From: Macrostomum hystrix
Lineage: Eukaryota > Animalia > Platyhelminthes
Direction of reading: 5' to 3'
Assembly: GCA_950097015.1 (NCBI GenBank)
Contig: CATNEN010000039.1
Span: forward strand, 17,112,001 to 17,176,000
DNA length: 64,000 bases
Numbering within the stretch: position 1 is the first letter of the stretch; every line of letters begins with the position of its first letter. A program made the translations under genes and the position numbers. The notes under the pieces are model-generated. The model made no database searches and had not been told where the DNA came from. It saw only the letters and a list, made by a program, of their open reading frames with translations. Below, in pieces: positions 61,601 through 64,000 of the stretch.

Positions 61601-64000
61601 AAAACGTTAAAATTTCAGACCAAGGTCTGGTATTCACGGTTTATCCTGAAGCCCTGGCCACACTGCCCGGGTCGACCTTCTGGAGTCTGTGCTTCTTTCT
61701 CATGCTAATGACGCTTGGGTTAGACAGCTCCGTGAGTACATGGAACACCTTGTCTAATAGATAACGCCCTGCCTAACAGATAATACCCTGCCTAACAGAT
61801 AACACCCTGTCTTACACCTCTGTCTAACACCCCTGTCTAACACCCTGTCTAACACCCTGTCTAACACCCTGTCTAACATCCCCGTCTAACACACTGTCTA
61901 ACACCCTGTCTAACACACTGTCTAACAACCTGTCTAACACCCTGTCTAACACACTGTCTAACAACCTGTCTAACACCCTGTCTAACACACTGTCTAACAA
62001 CCTGTCTAACACCCTGTATAACACCCGGTCTAACACCCCTGTCTAACACCCTGTCTAACACCCTGTCTAACATCCCCGTCTAACACACTGTCTAACACCC
62101 TGTCTAACACACTGTCTAACAACCTGTCTAACACCCTGTTTAACACGCTGTCTAACAACCTGTCTAACACCCTGTCTAACACACTGTCTAACAACCTGTC
62201 TAACACCCTGTCTAACACACTGTCTAACAACCTGTCTAACACCCTGTATAACACCCGGTCTAACACCCCTGTCTAACACCCTGTCTAACACCCTGTCTAA
62301 CATCCCCGTCTAACACACTGTCTAACACCCTGTCTAACACACTGTCTAACAACCTGTCTAACACCCTGTTTAACACGCTGTCTAACAACCTGTCTAACAC
62401 CCTGTCTAACACCATGTCTAACACTCTGTCTAACAACCTGTCTAACACACTGTCTAACAACCTGTCTAACACCCTGTTTAACACGCTGTCTAACACCCTG
62501 TGTAACACCCTGTGTAACACCCTGTCTAACAACCTGTCTAACAACCTGTCTAGCACCCTGTCTAACAACCTGTCTGGCACCCTGTCTAACACACTGTTTA
62601 ACACGCTGTCTAACAACCTGTCTAACACCCCTGTTTTTAAATAAAAAAGATAATGTAGTCTGCAATGAGATTTTTCTGCCAACACCTGCCACGCAATACC
62701 TTGCCAAAATCACAGTTTTCTGTTGCGCATTAATTTTTTAGCAATTTTTATCTGAGCATCTATTTTAAGAGGAGCCCATTGTCTGCTGCCTAGCTCTAAG
62801 AGACATAAAAGGAAAAAGATTTTCGTTCTGTTTCTGGCCAACCGTATCAGCGCGCAATTTTTTTAATAGAAAATTTTTTAATTTAAAATTTACAGCGAAA
62901 AAGCATGACGAAAAATGAATTATTAAATTTAAAATCTGGAATTGAAAACGTTTTTCCGATTTTCAATTTTAACACAGCTGTGAAGGCTTTGGCAATAAAT
63001 CAGCTCAAAGCCAGGGCGACTATTGCGAAGGATCGAAAATAAAATTCTGCGAGATCCCAGTTCAGATTCCCAGTTATAGGATACAAATCATATTTCCAGG
63101 TTATTTGGCATTCAGACTCCAATTCAAAAGATTCAGATCCCAACTCAAAGGATTCAAATCCCAACTCAAAGGATTCAGATCCCAACTCAAAAGATTCAGA
63201 TCCCAACTCAAAGGATTCAGATCCCAACTCAAAGGATTCAGATCCCAACTCAAAGGATTCAGATCCCAACTCAAAAGATTCAGATCCCAACTCAAAAGAT
63301 TCAGATCCCAACTCAAAGGATTCAGATCCCAACTTAAAGATTCAGATCCCAACTCAAAGGATTCAGATCCCAACTCAAAGGATTCAGATCCCAACTCAAA
63401 AGATTCAGATCCCAACTCAAAGGATTCAGATCCCAACTCAAAAGATTCAGATCCCAACTCAAAGGATTCAGATCCCAACTCAAAGGATTCAAATCCCAAC
63501 TCAAAGATTCAGATCCCAACTCAAAGGATTCAGATCCCAACTCAAAAGATTCAGATCCCAACTCAAAAGATTCAGATCCCAACTCAAAAGATTCAGATCC
63601 CAATTCAAAGATTCAGATCCCAACTCAAAGGATTCAAATCCCAACTCAAAGGATTCAGATCCCAACTCAAAGGATTCAGACCCCAACTCAAAAGATTCAG
63701 ATCCCAACTCAAAGGATTCAGATCCCAACTCAAAGGATTCAGATCCCAACTCAAAGGATTCAGATCCCAACTCAAAGGATTCAGATCCCAACTCAAAGGA
63801 CTCATATAGCAACTCAGAGGATTCAGATCTTCAATTTTAAGGACTTAAATTAAAAATCCCAACCGCAACCGTTGTCAACCGCACTTTTTCCCCGCAGTTC
63901 GGCGGCTCTGAGGCGATCATCACGGGCATCAGCGATGAGTTCCCGGTGTTTCGCAGAAACCGGGAGCTGTTTATTCTGGTTCTGTTCGCATTTTACTACG
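52673..64000 (+). CDS. DAT: SLC6 sodium-dependent dopamine transporter (invertebrate DAT type), 3'-incomplete; exons 52673-52985, 57801-57935, 58281-58596, 59336-59480, 59998-60236, 61237-61361, 61619-61731, 63898->64000
   Basis: [37 protein letters not shown] (TM1 Asp indicates a monoamine transporter; LAN rather than the SERT-type LGN), [12 protein letters not shown]3 [28 protein letters not shown] and [15 protein letters not shown] match the Drosophila-type DAT. Splice phases are consistent. Confidence 0.9.
53123..53322. repeat. 15-bp repeat CCTCCTGTCTCTCCC (DAT intron 1)
   Basis: Direct periodicity. Confidence 0.92.
54719..55382. repeat. 20-bp repeat GAGATAGTAGGTGAGTGGGT, ~33 copies (DAT intron 1)
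   Basis: Direct periodicity, nearly invariant. Confidence 0.97.
56095..57398. repeat. 15/16-bp repeat GTGGAACAGGGGAAA(A) (DAT intron 1)
   Basis: Direct periodicity. Confidence 0.96.
57942..58235. repeat. 8-bp G-rich repeat GGGGATCT/GGGGAACT (DAT intron 2)
   Basis: Direct periodicity. Confidence 0.9.
58655..59227. repeat. 21-bp repeat TGTCTAACAGGTGTCAATTCC (DAT intron 3)
   Basis: Direct periodicity. Confidence 0.93.
59545..59840. repeat. 16/17-bp repeat ATCTATCTCACCCTGC (DAT intron 4)
   Basis: Direct periodicity. Confidence 0.9.
60262..61067. repeat. degenerate repeat TCTGTCTGTTCAGGGTG (DAT intron 5)
   Basis: Direct periodicity. Confidence 0.92.
61746..62633. repeat. 12-bp repeat TGTCTAACACCC with higher-order blocks (DAT intron 7)
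   Basis: Direct periodicity. Confidence 0.94.
63123..63802. repeat. 21-bp repeat ATTCAGATCCCAACTCAAAGG (DAT intron 7)
   Basis: Direct periodicity. Confidence 0.95.

Noticed and set aside
2330-63812. Long repetitive ORFs (e.g. 3299-4993, 24498-25231, 32294-33814, 45081-46062, 56074-57430, 60227-61115, 63000-63812)
   Set aside because: They are translations of stop-free tandem repeats, open in several frames and strands, and mostly inside introns.
52673-64000. Serotonin transporter assignment
   Set aside because: TM1 [17 protein letters not shown], the TM3 Asp and FGGSEAI fit invertebrate DAT better than SERT.

Overview
Eukaryotic invertebrate animal DNA with spliced genes and very dense intronic minisatellites. 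The style suggests a free-living flatworm such as Macrostomum, but that is inference. Genes reconstructed by hand, in order: the last two exons of an NMDA receptor NR1 subunit; an intronless Cys/His-cluster + coiled-coil + NHL-like propeller gene, present as two near-identical inverted copies plus a diverged propeller-only paralog; a 3-exon DEG/ENaC channel; a 5-exon selenoprotein K gene absent from the ORF track; PIERCE1; FLACC1; and the first 8 coding exons of an invertebrate dopamine transporter, including a GC-AG intron. The selenoprotein K gene has an in-frame TGA (..CVGGG-U-G-stop) and a well-formed SECIS about 1 kb downstream, and is the strongest hidden signal in the window. Mobile DNA includes an integrase-less BEL/Pao element with a putative LTR carrying a heat-shock element, a Tc1 relic with nested insertions, an RTE-type LINE fragment, two tRNA-derived SINE families, a ~580-bp MITE family, a 247-bp fold-back palindrome and a degenerate hammerhead ribozyme motif. 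About 25 unrelated tandem arrays account for most long ORFs in the track. There is no CRISPR array, rRNA or intact tRNA. All homology calls are from recognised motifs, not from database searches.
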